Sequence record: KX397371.1
Strand: one strand, 5' to 3'
Length of the DNA: 64,000 nt
In this document: one piece after another, positions 9,420 through 18,360 of the stretch
Numbering within the stretch: position 1 is the stretch's first letter
Layout of the letters: every line of letters starts with the position of its first letter
Made by a program: the position numbers and the translations under genes
The notes under the pieces: generated by a model
Seen by the model: the letters and a program-made list of their open reading frames with translations, nothing else
Told to the model about the DNA's origin: nothing
Databases searched by the model: none

Positions 9420-9695
9420 ATGCAAATCAAAATGTTTACGCGTGCCTTGTCCGCGAAATTCGAACCTGAAATCTATTTCACCCCGCTGCGTAAGGATAAT
9501 GAAGGCAATCGTGTTGTGGTTGGTCGTATCCTGAAATCAGAAACGCTGGCTGATGGTAAGCGTCAGTTGACCATCGAAATCGACGATCGTAACAAAAACC
9601 GTTTCAAAGACTTGGGCGAAGAAGCCTGGGTTGAGCAACACTTCGAACTGAATAACAAGCGTCGCCTGATGCTGCCTACCAAAAAACGCGCTTAA
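9420..9695 (+). CDS. Small basic hypothetical protein
   Basis: GAGGA RBS before ATG 9420. Confidence 0.6.
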   Translation: MQIKMFTRALSAKFEPEIYFTPLRKDNEGNRVVVGRILKSETLADGKRQLTIEIDDRNKNRFKDLGEEAWVEQHFELNNKRRLMLPTKKRA

Positions 9696-9707
9696 CGGAG
9701 TTACGAC

Positions 9708-11207
9708 ATGGCAGGTCCAGCAAAACAAGTCATGGGTGAGGTGATTCGCCCACGCTTTAACGTCTACACCATTATGGATCATGCGCTTGGTACGTATGTG
9801 AAAGGTGAAGACGGCCTCTACTACCTGAACGGTGGTTTTGCCCACATCATGGGCTTTGCGGGTCGCGGTAACACCTTTAAGTCGACGCTGATGGATTTCT
9901 GCATCTTCCAGATGCTTATCCGTTATCGTGCTGCGTGGGGGTCGAAGTTCGATACCGAAGTCTCAGCAGCACTCGACCGTCTGGAGCAGGGCTATATCTC
10001 TGCACAGAACGCCAACGGTATCCACGATGGGTCTTCTGTACTGAGCCTCATTGAAGAAGAACGTTATAACCTCGTGGGTTCTGACGTCATGCCGGGCGAA
10101 GAGTATTACGCCAACTACATCCGTGATGAAGTGGAAGGCCGCTTTAAAGCGTACATGGGCGGCAAGGGTGTGCGTGAAACGCCGTTCCCTGATCCGGTAC
10201 GCAAACGCAATAAGACCATGAACGACCCATGGTATTACTCCATCGACTCCCTGTCTGAGTGGCACTCGTCTAAAATTGAAGACAAGCACTCTGAAACCAA
10301 AGTCGGTGATTCAGAGCAGAACGCCCTGAACATGCGTGACTCACTGGAGAAATCCAACATGATGTCACGTTGGCCGTCAGCGCTGGCTCGTGGTGGCTTC
10401 TTCTTAGCCTTCGTTGCGCAGCTGGCTGATGACTCCGGTAAAGCAATGTCGCAGGGCGGCAAAGGCGCGAAGCCTGCTAACGCCAAACTGCTGGATGATG
10501 CGGGCGATGATCTGAAATTCGCGGGCATCCCACGTCGTCAAATTTCCTTCCTGACCAACTCCCTGCTGGTTGCGACCAAGTCGGGTGAGCTGAAACATGA
10601 AGGTAGCTACGACGCGAAGACCGGCGTCAACGAAGAGTTGTACCCGACCAAACGTTCGAAGGCGATGAACGCCTCGGTGAACGACCTGAAAGAAATCGTC
10701 TTCACACAGTATCGTGCGAAGGGCGGCCATACCGGTGTGAAATTCCGTATGGTGTTCTCTCAGGAGATGGGTCTGCTGTATCACCTCTCACTGTGGCATT
10801 ACCTCGATAAGGTACTGAAAACCGAATACGGTTACACCAGTGCTGGTTCAGGTGGCGCTATCAAAGAGCTGGCGATTCTGCCGGGTCTCAAGTTCGGCCG
10901 TACGACGATTCGTGACCTCTGCGATGAGAACGTGCGTCTGCGTCGTGCACTGGAAATTACCGCTGCGCTGGCGTACATGCAGAACAACTACCACCGTCTG
11001 GAAATGAAGTATCACATCTCTCCTCAGGAATTGTATGAGAAGATCAACGAAAAGTGGGACTGGGACGAGATTCTGGATAACACCGTTGAGTATTGGATGT
11101 TCAAAGACCAGGAAGTCAAAGGTGGTAAACGCACACTGACAGCAATGAGTCTGCTGGCAATGGCGGTGGATGGTCTGGAACCGAAGTTCTTAACCAAGAA
11201 AAAGTAA
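9708..11207 (+). CDS. uvsX: UvsX/RecA-like recombinase
   Basis: Walker A GFAGRGNTFKST and Walker B-like YSIDSLS; size and position fit the phiKZ-family UvsX-like gene. Confidence 0.75.
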   Translation: MAGPAKQVMGEVIRPRFNVYTIMDHALGTYVKGEDGLYYLNGGFAHIMGFAGRGNTFKSTLMDFCIFQMLIRYRAAWGSKFDTEVSAALDRLEQGYISAQNANGIHDGSSVLSLIEEERYNLVGSDVMPGEEYYANYIRDEVEGRFKAYMGGKGVRETPFPDPVRKRNKTMNDPWYYSIDSLSEWHSSKIEDKHSETKVGDSEQNALNMRDSLEKSNMMSRWPSALARGGFFLAFVAQLADDSGKAMSQGGKGAKPANAKLLDDAGDDLKFAGIPRRQISFLTNSLLVATKSGELKHEGSYDAKTGVNEELYPTKRSKAMNASVNDLKEIVFTQYRAKGGHTGVKFRMVFSQEMGLLYHLSLWHYLDKVLKTEYGYTSAGSGGAIKELAILPGLKFGRTTIRDLCDENVRLRRALEITAALAYMQNNYHRLEMKYHISPQELYEKINEKWDWDEILDNTVEYWMFKDQEVKGGKRTLTAMSLLAMAVDGLEPKFLTKKK

Positions 11208-11247
11208 TCTGTTGTGGCGGGGCAACCCGCCACTTGAGGAGCAACCC

Positions 11248-11529
11248 ATGCGTTATCAAAATGATATTGTCGAGCGGTTGCGTCAAGGTATTGCAGCAGT
11301 AAATCGTGAGGTGAGTGATCAGCTGGTTGTTGAGCTGAGTAAACCCCACCACAACCTCTCCGATTTTGCACAGTGTACGAATCAATTCTACACCAAGCTG
11401 CTCGGTACAAACGGCGCTAACCAAAACACGTTCAGTATTCCTGAGAATACGGATGCTATCCCTTTCTGGATTGAAGATCTGGAATCCGCAGTCTTGCCTG
11501 TCCTGCGTGTCGCGGGGGCAATGCAATGA
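11248..11529 (+). CDS. Hypothetical protein
   Basis: GAGGAG RBS before ATG 11248; follows the hairpin GTGGCGGG-GCAA-CCCGCCAC (11214-11233). Confidence 0.6.
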   Translation: MRYQNDIVERLRQGIAAVNREVSDQLVVELSKPHHNLSDFAQCTNQFYTKLLGTNGANQNTFSIPENTDAIPFWIEDLESAVLPVLRVAGAMQ

Positions 11530-12194
11530 AATTAGATCCTGCGCGCCGCAAGAAAGCCGAAGCGTTTATCTATCAGCTGTTAACACTCATCGACCCGTCA
11601 GGGATTAACACCGAAGCCGCGAAAGCGTCCCTACCGGGGTTAAGCGACGAAGACTTTAACAAGCTACGCCACGGCATTCCGATTTATAACCCGGCGGGCA
11701 GTAAGGTGCAAATCGACCACATGCGCAACGTAGAAATCTGTCGTGCGTTGGGGTTAGAGTTGTGCCAGCGTCTGTACTTTACGGAACCGAAGACGGGCTT
11801 AGTGCACCGAACTCGTTGGCCGCATATTGTCGTACCCTTACCGGTGCGCCGACAGACGCAGATGCGAGAAAAGAAAATTGCTGTTGCGAAGAACGACCGT
11901 GTTCGCGACAAACTCTCTGGCCAAGTGGTCGGCCCATCCAAAGCGTCTGGGGTATCCTTCCCTGAGTCGTACATTATGTTCTCGGATGGTCTGGACAATA
12001 GCTTGGAAGAGTTCTTGCATGCGCGTGGAGGGAATGAAGCACTACAACGTGCGTTCTACCAATCCATCCGACAAACTGGCCAAGGCCGTATCAAGATACC
12101 CGGTGCCGAACGCACCTCCAGTAAAGCCACTCGTACGTGGAGTGCCTATTACAAAGCCATGGGTATCGGTAACAACATAGGTTCCCCGCAATGA
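11526..12194 (+). CDS. Virion RNA polymerase beta subunit, C-terminal fragment (phiKZ gp149-like)
   Basis: PVRRQTQMREKKI…GQVVGPSKASGVSFPESYIMFSDGLDNSLEEFLHARGGN parallels the RpoB C-terminal L.HMVDDK…QQPLGGKAQFGGQRFGEME…LQEML segment. Confidence 0.75.
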   Translation: MKLDPARRKKAEAFIYQLLTLIDPSGINTEAAKASLPGLSDEDFNKLRHGIPIYNPAGSKVQIDHMRNVEICRALGLELCQRLYFTEPKTGLVHRTRWPHIVVPLPVRRQTQMREKKIAVAKNDRVRDKLSGQVVGPSKASGVSFPESYIMFSDGLDNSLEEFLHARGGNEALQRAFYQSIRQTGQGRIKIPGAERTSSKATRTWSAYYKAMGIGNNIGSPQ

Positions 12195-12919
12195 GAACAG
12201 GACGTCGCTATCTGGTAGATATAGATACACTTTTCGACACCCGCTTAGGTTGGGCGAAGGTCATTGCACCCGAGGCGTTAGAGAAGCTCGAGTTAGATGC
12301 TTTTCGTAAACGTCACACCGATATCTGGGCAGAAGCGATTGGTATCCAAAACTGGTCCGAACAACTCAAACAACGTGACAAGCGCGCGTTGTTCCTGTCA
12401 GACCCGACAGAGTTTCTGTTAGGTTTGAAGAATCAGGTGCTCGTTGACTTGACCACATTAGTAATGTCGTCGCCTATTGACCGACCGACTGTTACGATTA
12501 ACATGTGGCCTTACACCGACCTCACGGCTGAACAATCGGATGCGTTCTTGCAGAACTTCCGTCAGCTGTACAACGAGGTTAAGGTGGACATGGTCTATAT
12601 CGATCACAAAGATCTTTCACCTGGACGTCTCGACAGCATGTGGGACATCTGGTACATGTTCGACTGGTTTAATTGGGTCACTGTCCACGCGGGAAATTTT
12701 GCGAAAAAAATACCCCAGTTTAAAATCCACCCGCCAGCGTTGCTGACGGACGGACTTACGACTGAGGCGATTGAAGCGATAGAGCGCGACGGGGTCAATC
12801 CGTTCAGTGCCTTGACACGGTTCATGGAAGAACTGGTCACTATCGATCCGGTGGATGCCCGGCTGTATTCTATTCTTCGTCCCCTGAATTCCCCGGACGA
12901 GCAAACGCCACAGCCATAA
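12191..12919 (+). CDS. Conserved jumbo-phage protein with HAD-like N-terminal motif
   Basis: LVDIDTLFDTR resembles the HAD DxDxT motif; function unproven. Confidence 0.5.
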   Translation: MRTGRRYLVDIDTLFDTRLGWAKVIAPEALEKLELDAFRKRHTDIWAEAIGIQNWSEQLKQRDKRALFLSDPTEFLLGLKNQVLVDLTTLVMSSPIDRPTVTINMWPYTDLTAEQSDAFLQNFRQLYNEVKVDMVYIDHKDLSPGRLDSMWDIWYMFDWFNWVTVHAGNFAKKIPQFKIHPPALLTDGLTTEAIEAIERDGVNPFSALTRFMEELVTIDPVDARLYSILRPLNSPDEQTPQP

Positions 12920-13334
12920 TGGCATTCACGTCAATCTTTTCGCCAACGGGTGCCAGCTCGCCTTCTTTGTGTTCCTGTTTGGGGACGTTAGGAAGCGCGG
13001 GTTGGTACCCGGTGTTTTCTTCGCTGTTATCGTCGTGACGTTGGATACGCACACCCGGACGACCAAGCACGACCGAGTTCAGTGCATTGGCCACGTCTTG
13101 TGCAGCTCCGGCTGTTTTCTGGGCAGCGTCGGCACGACGTTTACCGAGGATTTGTCTGTCGACACCCGACAGCATTTTCTCAAGGGAGTTGACGAGGTCT
13201 TTGTCCTTGTGGACACTCTCGTCTTCCATGATGAGGTTAGCCACGCGAATACGGGCTTGACGGGTTTGGCGGAGAAGCGACTCTTCGTCATCAACATCTC
13301 CGTCGAAGGCTTGGTACTTCACTTCTTCGCTCAT
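12870..13334 (-). CDS. Hypothetical protein
   Basis: GAGGA RBS, 154 aa; the 3' end overlaps the convergent gene by 50 nt. Confidence 0.6.
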   Translation of the reverse strand: MSEEVKYQAFDGDVDDEESLLRQTRQARIRVANLIMEDESVHKDKDLVNSLEKMLSGVDRQILGKRRADAAQKTAGAAQDVANALNSVVLGRPGVRIQRHDDNSEENTGYQPALPNVPKQEHKEGELAPVGEKIDVNAIMAVAFARPGNSGDEE

Positions 13335-13363
13335 GGGTATTCCTCTTTTTAAAAAAGAACTCA

Positions 13364-13384
13364 GACAGATATTATCTTGATGAG
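13364..13384 (+). promoter_or_regulatory. Early-promoter-like motif copy 2
   Basis: GACAGATATTATCTTGATGAG. Confidence 0.65.
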
Positions 13385-13408
13385 ATTATCTCAACTAAGG
13401 ATCAACTT

Positions 13409-13942
13409 ATGTTGTTCGAATGGCTCACGTTTCCTTTAAAGCGATACGCCCATAAGCGGCGTAGAAGCTATTTAGAGGCCGAGTTCCATAAGAATACCCA
13501 GAATACTTATCAGAGGGTCCTAATAGGCTTAGCGTTGCTTACAGAACCTCTGGAGTATAACGGTAATACTTACCGTAGTATTGACCTGATGGGTAATCTG
13601 GAACTCCGGTGTAAAAGCTTCGATATTGTTCATCAGCGGTTTGCCTTTCTGCTGCGTGAATACGATCGGGTGCTAAACACCACTGGACGCAATCCAGACT
13701 GGAGTCCCTATCCTGCGGTGATTGACACCCAACAGGATAAACCGATGTTGCGTTGGTTCGATGAGTATTTCGGAACAAGCAGCACGGATGTCGTACGGCA
13801 GAAGTTACGTCGAACGTACGAATTGTTAGAGACTTATCGAGACGTATACAGCAGTAAAACCAATCCAGAACAAGATGTGCTGTTTAACCTGACGCGCCAT
13901 CTCGTTCGTGAGTTAGAGACCATAGTGGAACACTACCTCTAA
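13409..13942 (+). CDS. Hypothetical protein
   Basis: AAGGA RBS, 177 aa. Confidence 0.65.
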   Translation: MLFEWLTFPLKRYAHKRRRSYLEAEFHKNTQNTYQRVLIGLALLTEPLEYNGNTYRSIDLMGNLELRCKSFDIVHQRFAFLLREYDRVLNTTGRNPDWSPYPAVIDTQQDKPMLRWFDEYFGTSSTDVVRQKLRRTYELLETYRDVYSSKTNPEQDVLFNLTRHLVRELETIVEHYL

Positions 13943-13973
13943 TCCGTTCATCTCCTTGGAACAAGGGCGAACT

Positions 13974-14816
13974 ATGAGTAAGAAAAATAGCAAGTTGAAA
14001 AAGTTGCTGGCAGAAGGCGTCCCAGACGATACCCCCATTGGGATATACCTTCGTACAGCATACTGGAATCTCGTGAAACACGAAATGCGTTTAGCTCCGG
14101 TGGACTGGATGGTGTTGTTGAAAGCGTACGTGGCGGATGAACGCTTCGTGGGTCGTTCAACAGCAGAGCCAAAGGAGCGTGAAAGTCGGCTGATTAACGC
14201 CTTAACCGGTGGCTCGGTAAGGGGTGTCAGTGTGGACTTCACTTGGGTGCGGTTCATTGAAAGTTTGGTGATGTTGCGCATCGAAACGTTAACGTTAACT
14301 GCGAAAGCAACCCGTGGTAAGTTTGGGGCAGCGAAGATCGTGCACGCTTCCTGTAATCCTAAACAAGAACTGCTGCGGATTGTGGACGGGGAAATGGACG
14401 AAGACCTGAAAGGGTCGGCGAGTCAAACGTTAAACGCGTTCTTCAAAGACCGGCAGCGCACAGCGTCGCAGGTCATGGAGCACATCTTACTCAAAGTCTT
14501 ATGGAGCTTCTTTGTTGAATACAACATCGACTCTGAGATGTGGCGCAAACTGTCAACGGCTTATGTTAATAACCCGAAGAACTGTCCGGCGCTGTCTAAC
14601 CGACGCAACGACAAGCGACACAATCTGCAATCGGCTATTCGTTACACGAAGAAGATTTCTTGGAAGAAGTTCCTTGAAGCGCTGAAAGCGATTGATGTTC
14701 GTGAGTTTCGTTGTGCGTTCTTGTGTACCAACGACAAGAACCAGTCCTTCGAGACAGAAATCGTCGTTGACCTAACCCAACTCGTTTTCTGGAGTAACCG
14801 CAATGAGTCTGAATAA
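13974..14816 (+). CDS. Hypothetical protein with internal duplicated domain
   Basis: The two halves share a pattern (W..LLKAYV…RLINAL…FTWVRFIESLVML vs WRKLSTAYV…NLQSAI…ISWKKFLEALKAI). Confidence 0.6.
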   Translation: MSKKNSKLKKLLAEGVPDDTPIGIYLRTAYWNLVKHEMRLAPVDWMVLLKAYVADERFVGRSTAEPKERESRLINALTGGSVRGVSVDFTWVRFIESLVMLRIETLTLTAKATRGKFGAAKIVHASCNPKQELLRIVDGEMDEDLKGSASQTLNAFFKDRQRTASQVMEHILLKVLWSFFVEYNIDSEMWRKLSTAYVNNPKNCPALSNRRNDKRHNLQSAIRYTKKISWKKFLEALKAIDVREFRCAFLCTNDKNQSFETEIVVDLTQLVFWSNRNESE

Positions 14817-16131
14817 ACTGGGCGGGTTTTCTAACTCGCTTGAAAGCAAAGCGAGCGGTGCGATCGACCGGGTCAACAATGTCCAAAACGCGGCGGTGAA
14901 TACTGTCAATAATGTACAGAACGGGGTGAACAACGCCGTTAACACTGTACAGAACACCGTAGACAGTGCAGAGCGGGGGATTCAATCCGCTCAGAACCTC
15001 TACAACGACAGTGTGGAAAAAGCCGGGAAAGCCTACGACAGTCTGACCAGTGGGGCCAGCAGTATCAAGGAGAAACTCGGCAACCTGTTTGGAGGTAGCG
15101 ACTTAGCCACTTCTAACGCGGTCAAGGCACCGGGATCGGCAGCATCGGGGACATCGCCCGGTAGCCGTATCGCAGGCTTTTCAACCGATCCGAAAGAAAC
15201 GCTTCCGAGCATCAACCCATTAAACCGTGAAGTGGCTGAACCGTTCAAGCCTAAGAACGAAGCCGCTAACGGGGTGCTCGATTACCTGAAACCCGGTAAG
15301 GCAGGCAGTCTGCTCTCACAAGGGTTCAGTAAGCTTACCGCGTTACGTGACAGTGCGCTGAGTGCGGTTGGTACCGACTATGCTTCCGTCAAGAAGCGCA
15401 TTGAGTCGACCATGCAAGTCGCCGGTCAGTTAGCCCGTCTGCCGGGTGAGGTGCAGCAAGAGATTAACTCGTACGTCTCTGCGGTCAACCAAACCCGTAA
15501 CGAAATCACCGCGGTAATTGATGGGGCAACCCAAACCTTTAAGTCCTTCAAAGACTTCGATGATTATCTGGCAATCGACAGTTTCATTGAAAGCTTCAAG
15601 GGCAGTAACAGTCTGGCCAATTTTGATATTGGTACAACCTCTGGTCTCATCTACGGCTTATCCAGTAAACTGTCTGAGTACGGTCTGCCGGGGAAAACCG
15701 TGTCCATGGTCGATGCCATTACTGACCCGGTTGCCAAACGCGCCATGTACGGCGAGTTACTGGTGCAAGCGGCAAGTGTCGGGAACATTGACACCGTGGA
15801 GTTCTACCTGACCAAACTCGAACCCGGCCAAGGGTTGGAGCTGGCGAATGATGTTATCCAGAAATTGTTCGGGAGCCTGCAAGTCGACACTGGCGTAGGA
15901 TTGAAATCTTACGGCACCCGCTTGCTGAGCATCTGTAATTCACTCGATCCGAAATGGGACAAGACGAAAGTCGCCCCAGCGCGTACCGAGTTGCTGAATT
16001 ACACGTACTGCAATATCAATGCATTGCAGGCACTGTTAACGACTGACAAACGCAAGTATGTGTGTGCGGCAGGTAGCCGTCGCCTACAACGTGCAGATGT
16101 GTTGGTCAACCAGTTCTTCCCGGCAGCCTGA
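14803..16131 (+). CDS. Probable virion structural protein with N/V/Q-rich N-terminal repeats
   Basis: 442 aa with repeats VNNVQN/VNTVQN; structural role inferred. Confidence 0.55.
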   Translation: MSLNKLGGFSNSLESKASGAIDRVNNVQNAAVNTVNNVQNGVNNAVNTVQNTVDSAERGIQSAQNLYNDSVEKAGKAYDSLTSGASSIKEKLGNLFGGSDLATSNAVKAPGSAASGTSPGSRIAGFSTDPKETLPSINPLNREVAEPFKPKNEAANGVLDYLKPGKAGSLLSQGFSKLTALRDSALSAVGTDYASVKKRIESTMQVAGQLARLPGEVQQEINSYVSAVNQTRNEITAVIDGATQTFKSFKDFDDYLAIDSFIESFKGSNSLANFDIGTTSGLIYGLSSKLSEYGLPGKTVSMVDAITDPVAKRAMYGELLVQAASVGNIDTVEFYLTKLEPGQGLELANDVIQKLFGSLQVDTGVGLKSYGTRLLSICNSLDPKWDKTKVAPARTELLNYTYCNINALQALLTTDKRKYVCAAGSRRLQRADVLVNQFFPAA

Positions 16132-16143
16132 AGGTAAAAGATT

Positions 16144-17178
16144 ATGACAAACGTTGAAATGAGAGAACTGCGTGACCTGATTGCTCTGGTACGCGGTTCG
16201 GACTGGGAACCCGAAGTACGCGATCGCATTGCTGCCCGGTTAATACTGGCTCAACTTCAGGGGCCAAACTGGACACATGCGTTCAACAAATCACTGCCAC
16301 TCGAACAACGGGTGATGGGGTTTGATTCATCAGCAATGGATAGAACGTTAGCGAGCAGACTGGCGACATCGCTGGGCTTGTCGTTGGTCGAGCAAATCGG
16401 CCAGTTCGATCCACGCTGGTTTGATGGGGAACTTTCCTACCTGTCTGCGAACCCCCAGTTCCGTGAGAAGATTGTGCGTCGTTTACGCTCGGTCGGTTAC
16501 CGGAGTCTGGCCACAGACAAGATTCCGTCTACGGACGGACTCAACCATTACAACATTTATTCGCAGTCTCGCAACCCGGTAGGTCAATTGGCAAGTAACT
16601 TTGCCTCCAGCCCTGATGGGTCGTACTTCGACACGCCACATGGCCCGTATCGTACGCTGGAAGGGTATTACCATGTCCTGCGCGTACTGGATTACTTTCT
16701 GTACATTGATGCTGAGGAGAAGATTTCTGATTACCCCCTCTATCAGTTCAATGGCAATCCTATCGAACGTGATCTGTTCATCCTCGAATGCTTCAGCATG
16801 AAGTTTCCTGAGATTGACAGAATGCGGGAGGTTGATGGGGCAGAAGGGATACGGACAGGGCGGGTGTTGAAGAAGGCTGTTTACGGTGGGTCACGTTACC
16901 GTCCGGGTGCATTCTCTGAGCACGTCGAGCGCTGTTTTATGAAGGCGGTCGTGCACAAGTTGCATAAACTTAAACTGGATGGCGTGTGTCTTGGGAATAT
17001 CATGGCGGAGATTCATCAGCAGGGTATTCCGTTTGAGCACTACTACGTGATGAACGGGAAGATTCACATTCCAAACCATGCGGACTGGTTACCCGGTCTG
17101 TATACGCGGATTGTGGAAAACATCGACCCGTATGCCGTGGACTTCGACCCAGAGGACGTCATCAAACAACTGGGGTAA
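16144..17178 (+). CDS. NADAR (YbiA/T4 gp30.3)-like domain protein
   Basis: NIYSQSRNPVGQLASNF…F.TPHGPYRTLEGYYH…DGAEGIRTGR resembles the NADAR SNF/xEG/AxxxGR pattern. Confidence 0.55.
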   Translation: MTNVEMRELRDLIALVRGSDWEPEVRDRIAARLILAQLQGPNWTHAFNKSLPLEQRVMGFDSSAMDRTLASRLATSLGLSLVEQIGQFDPRWFDGELSYLSANPQFREKIVRRLRSVGYRSLATDKIPSTDGLNHYNIYSQSRNPVGQLASNFASSPDGSYFDTPHGPYRTLEGYYHVLRVLDYFLYIDAEEKISDYPLYQFNGNPIERDLFILECFSMKFPEIDRMREVDGAEGIRTGRVLKKAVYGGSRYRPGAFSEHVERCFMKAVVHKLHKLKLDGVCLGNIMAEIHQQGIPFEHYYVMNGKIHIPNHADWLPGLYTRIVENIDPYAVDFDPEDVIKQLG

Positions 17179-17184
17179 ATCGAT

Positions 17185-17844
17185 ATGTCGTTTCTTGACA
17201 CCATTGATGAACTGGAACGGGGTGAAGAAGAAGGTGTCATGAAAGTGGCACGGGAATCTATCTCGACCGAAACTGAGAAAGAGTATTGTCTTTGGGTGAA
17301 GCCCACTGCGGAAGGCTGGGAGTGGCTACGTGAGCAACAGGCGTCGTTGTACATTGACACCCTGATGCCCATTAACCGTGGCAAGCGCCGTGTGCGGTTA
17401 ACCGAAGACCATAAAGCCGTGCTGACCGTGAAGCGTTTTGCTGACGAAGGGTGTATCGAAGAGAACTCCGATATCGGGTTTGATACGGCACTTACCTTCT
17501 ATCAGGACGACTTCGTGTCGCATTTGGTCAAACGCATCCATCTACCCGCGGGTGAGTTAGAAGCCAAAGGCGGTAAGCATTGGGACATTGACGTGTTCTA
17601 CCGTGCCGGTGGTCATCCACAACTGCTGAACGCAGACGACTACGACGCACTGCTCAACACCATGAAGCAGGGCAGCTCGTACGGCGAGTGGGTGAAGGTG
17701 GAATTGGAAGTAGAGCGGTTTGAAATGGAATCGATTCGCGAACATATTCCGTTTGCGGTTGAAGACGTCATTCCGTCACGCCCAACCAAGCCCGAAGACC
17801 AGGAGTTCATTCGCAACTACTGGGACGTGGACACACGTCTGTAA
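17185..17844 (+). CDS. CYTH/triphosphate tunnel metalloenzyme
   Basis: ETEKEY (ExExK), RVRL, LTVK, IEENSDI, KRIH, WDIDVF, KVELEV. Confidence 0.7.
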   Translation: MSFLDTIDELERGEEEGVMKVARESISTETEKEYCLWVKPTAEGWEWLREQQASLYIDTLMPINRGKRRVRLTEDHKAVLTVKRFADEGCIEENSDIGFDTALTFYQDDFVSHLVKRIHLPAGELEAKGGKHWDIDVFYRAGGHPQLLNADDYDALLNTMKQGSSYGEWVKVELEVERFEMESIREHIPFAVEDVIPSRPTKPEDQEFIRNYWDVDTRL

Positions 17845-17850
17845 TAGATG

Positions 17851-17886
17851 ACCGCTCCTTCGGGAGTGGTTTTCTTTTTTCTTTTT
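17851..17886 (+). terminator. Rho-independent terminator
   Basis: ACCGCTCC-TTCG-GGAGTGGT followed by a long T tract. Confidence 0.8.
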
Positions 17887-17903
17887 ACACCATGCTGGCT
17901 AAC

Positions 17904-17910
17904 TATGTAG
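17904..17910 (+). promoter_or_regulatory. TATGTAG promoter candidate
   Basis: Third TATGTAG copy, after the terminator and 21 nt upstream of the thyA operon's first gene. Confidence 0.4.
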
Positions 17911-17931
17911 AAATCCTAAGGAATAACTAAA

Positions 17932-18360
17932 ATGAATACACTGTCTTTCGAAGCGGGTAAAGGGTTAAGCGTTAACGGACATCTGGTACCGGACACCAAC
18001 AACCACCATTTTGAAAAGCTCTACCGTCGTATCGGGGTAGGGCGTAAGGTCAACCTGAAAATCACCAACGAGATTGCCCTCAATGGCAACGTGGCGGCTT
18101 TAGGTCCGATGTATGGCTTCCGTCCAAGCCAAGATGCAGCAGCTGCCCTGATGCAGCACGGTGAGTTTAGCAGCGGTGTGTACGCGTTCCGTTTACTCGG
18201 TTCGCTGCGGCGGGTGTCGAACAAACACGTTGGTCAGGGCATGACACCGACCGTTTTACAGAGCGGTGAGATTATTGTCCTCGTACATTCCAATCACGAA
18301 TATAAGTCGGGTTTGGATTTCATGATTAGCTATTCCGAAGTGGAGAGTGCAGATGTCTGA
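17932..18360 (+). CDS. Hypothetical protein, possibly degenerate trimeric dUTPase fold
   Basis: AAGGA RBS; SGVYAF…SNKHVG..MTPTVLQSGEIIVLVHS loosely tracks dUTPase motifs 2-4 without the catalytic residues. Confidence 0.35.
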   Translation: MNTLSFEAGKGLSVNGHLVPDTNNHHFEKLYRRIGVGRKVNLKITNEIALNGNVAALGPMYGFRPSQDAAAALMQHGEFSSGVYAFRLLGSLRRVSNKHVGQGMTPTVLQSGEIIVLVHSNHEYKSGLDFMISYSEVESADV

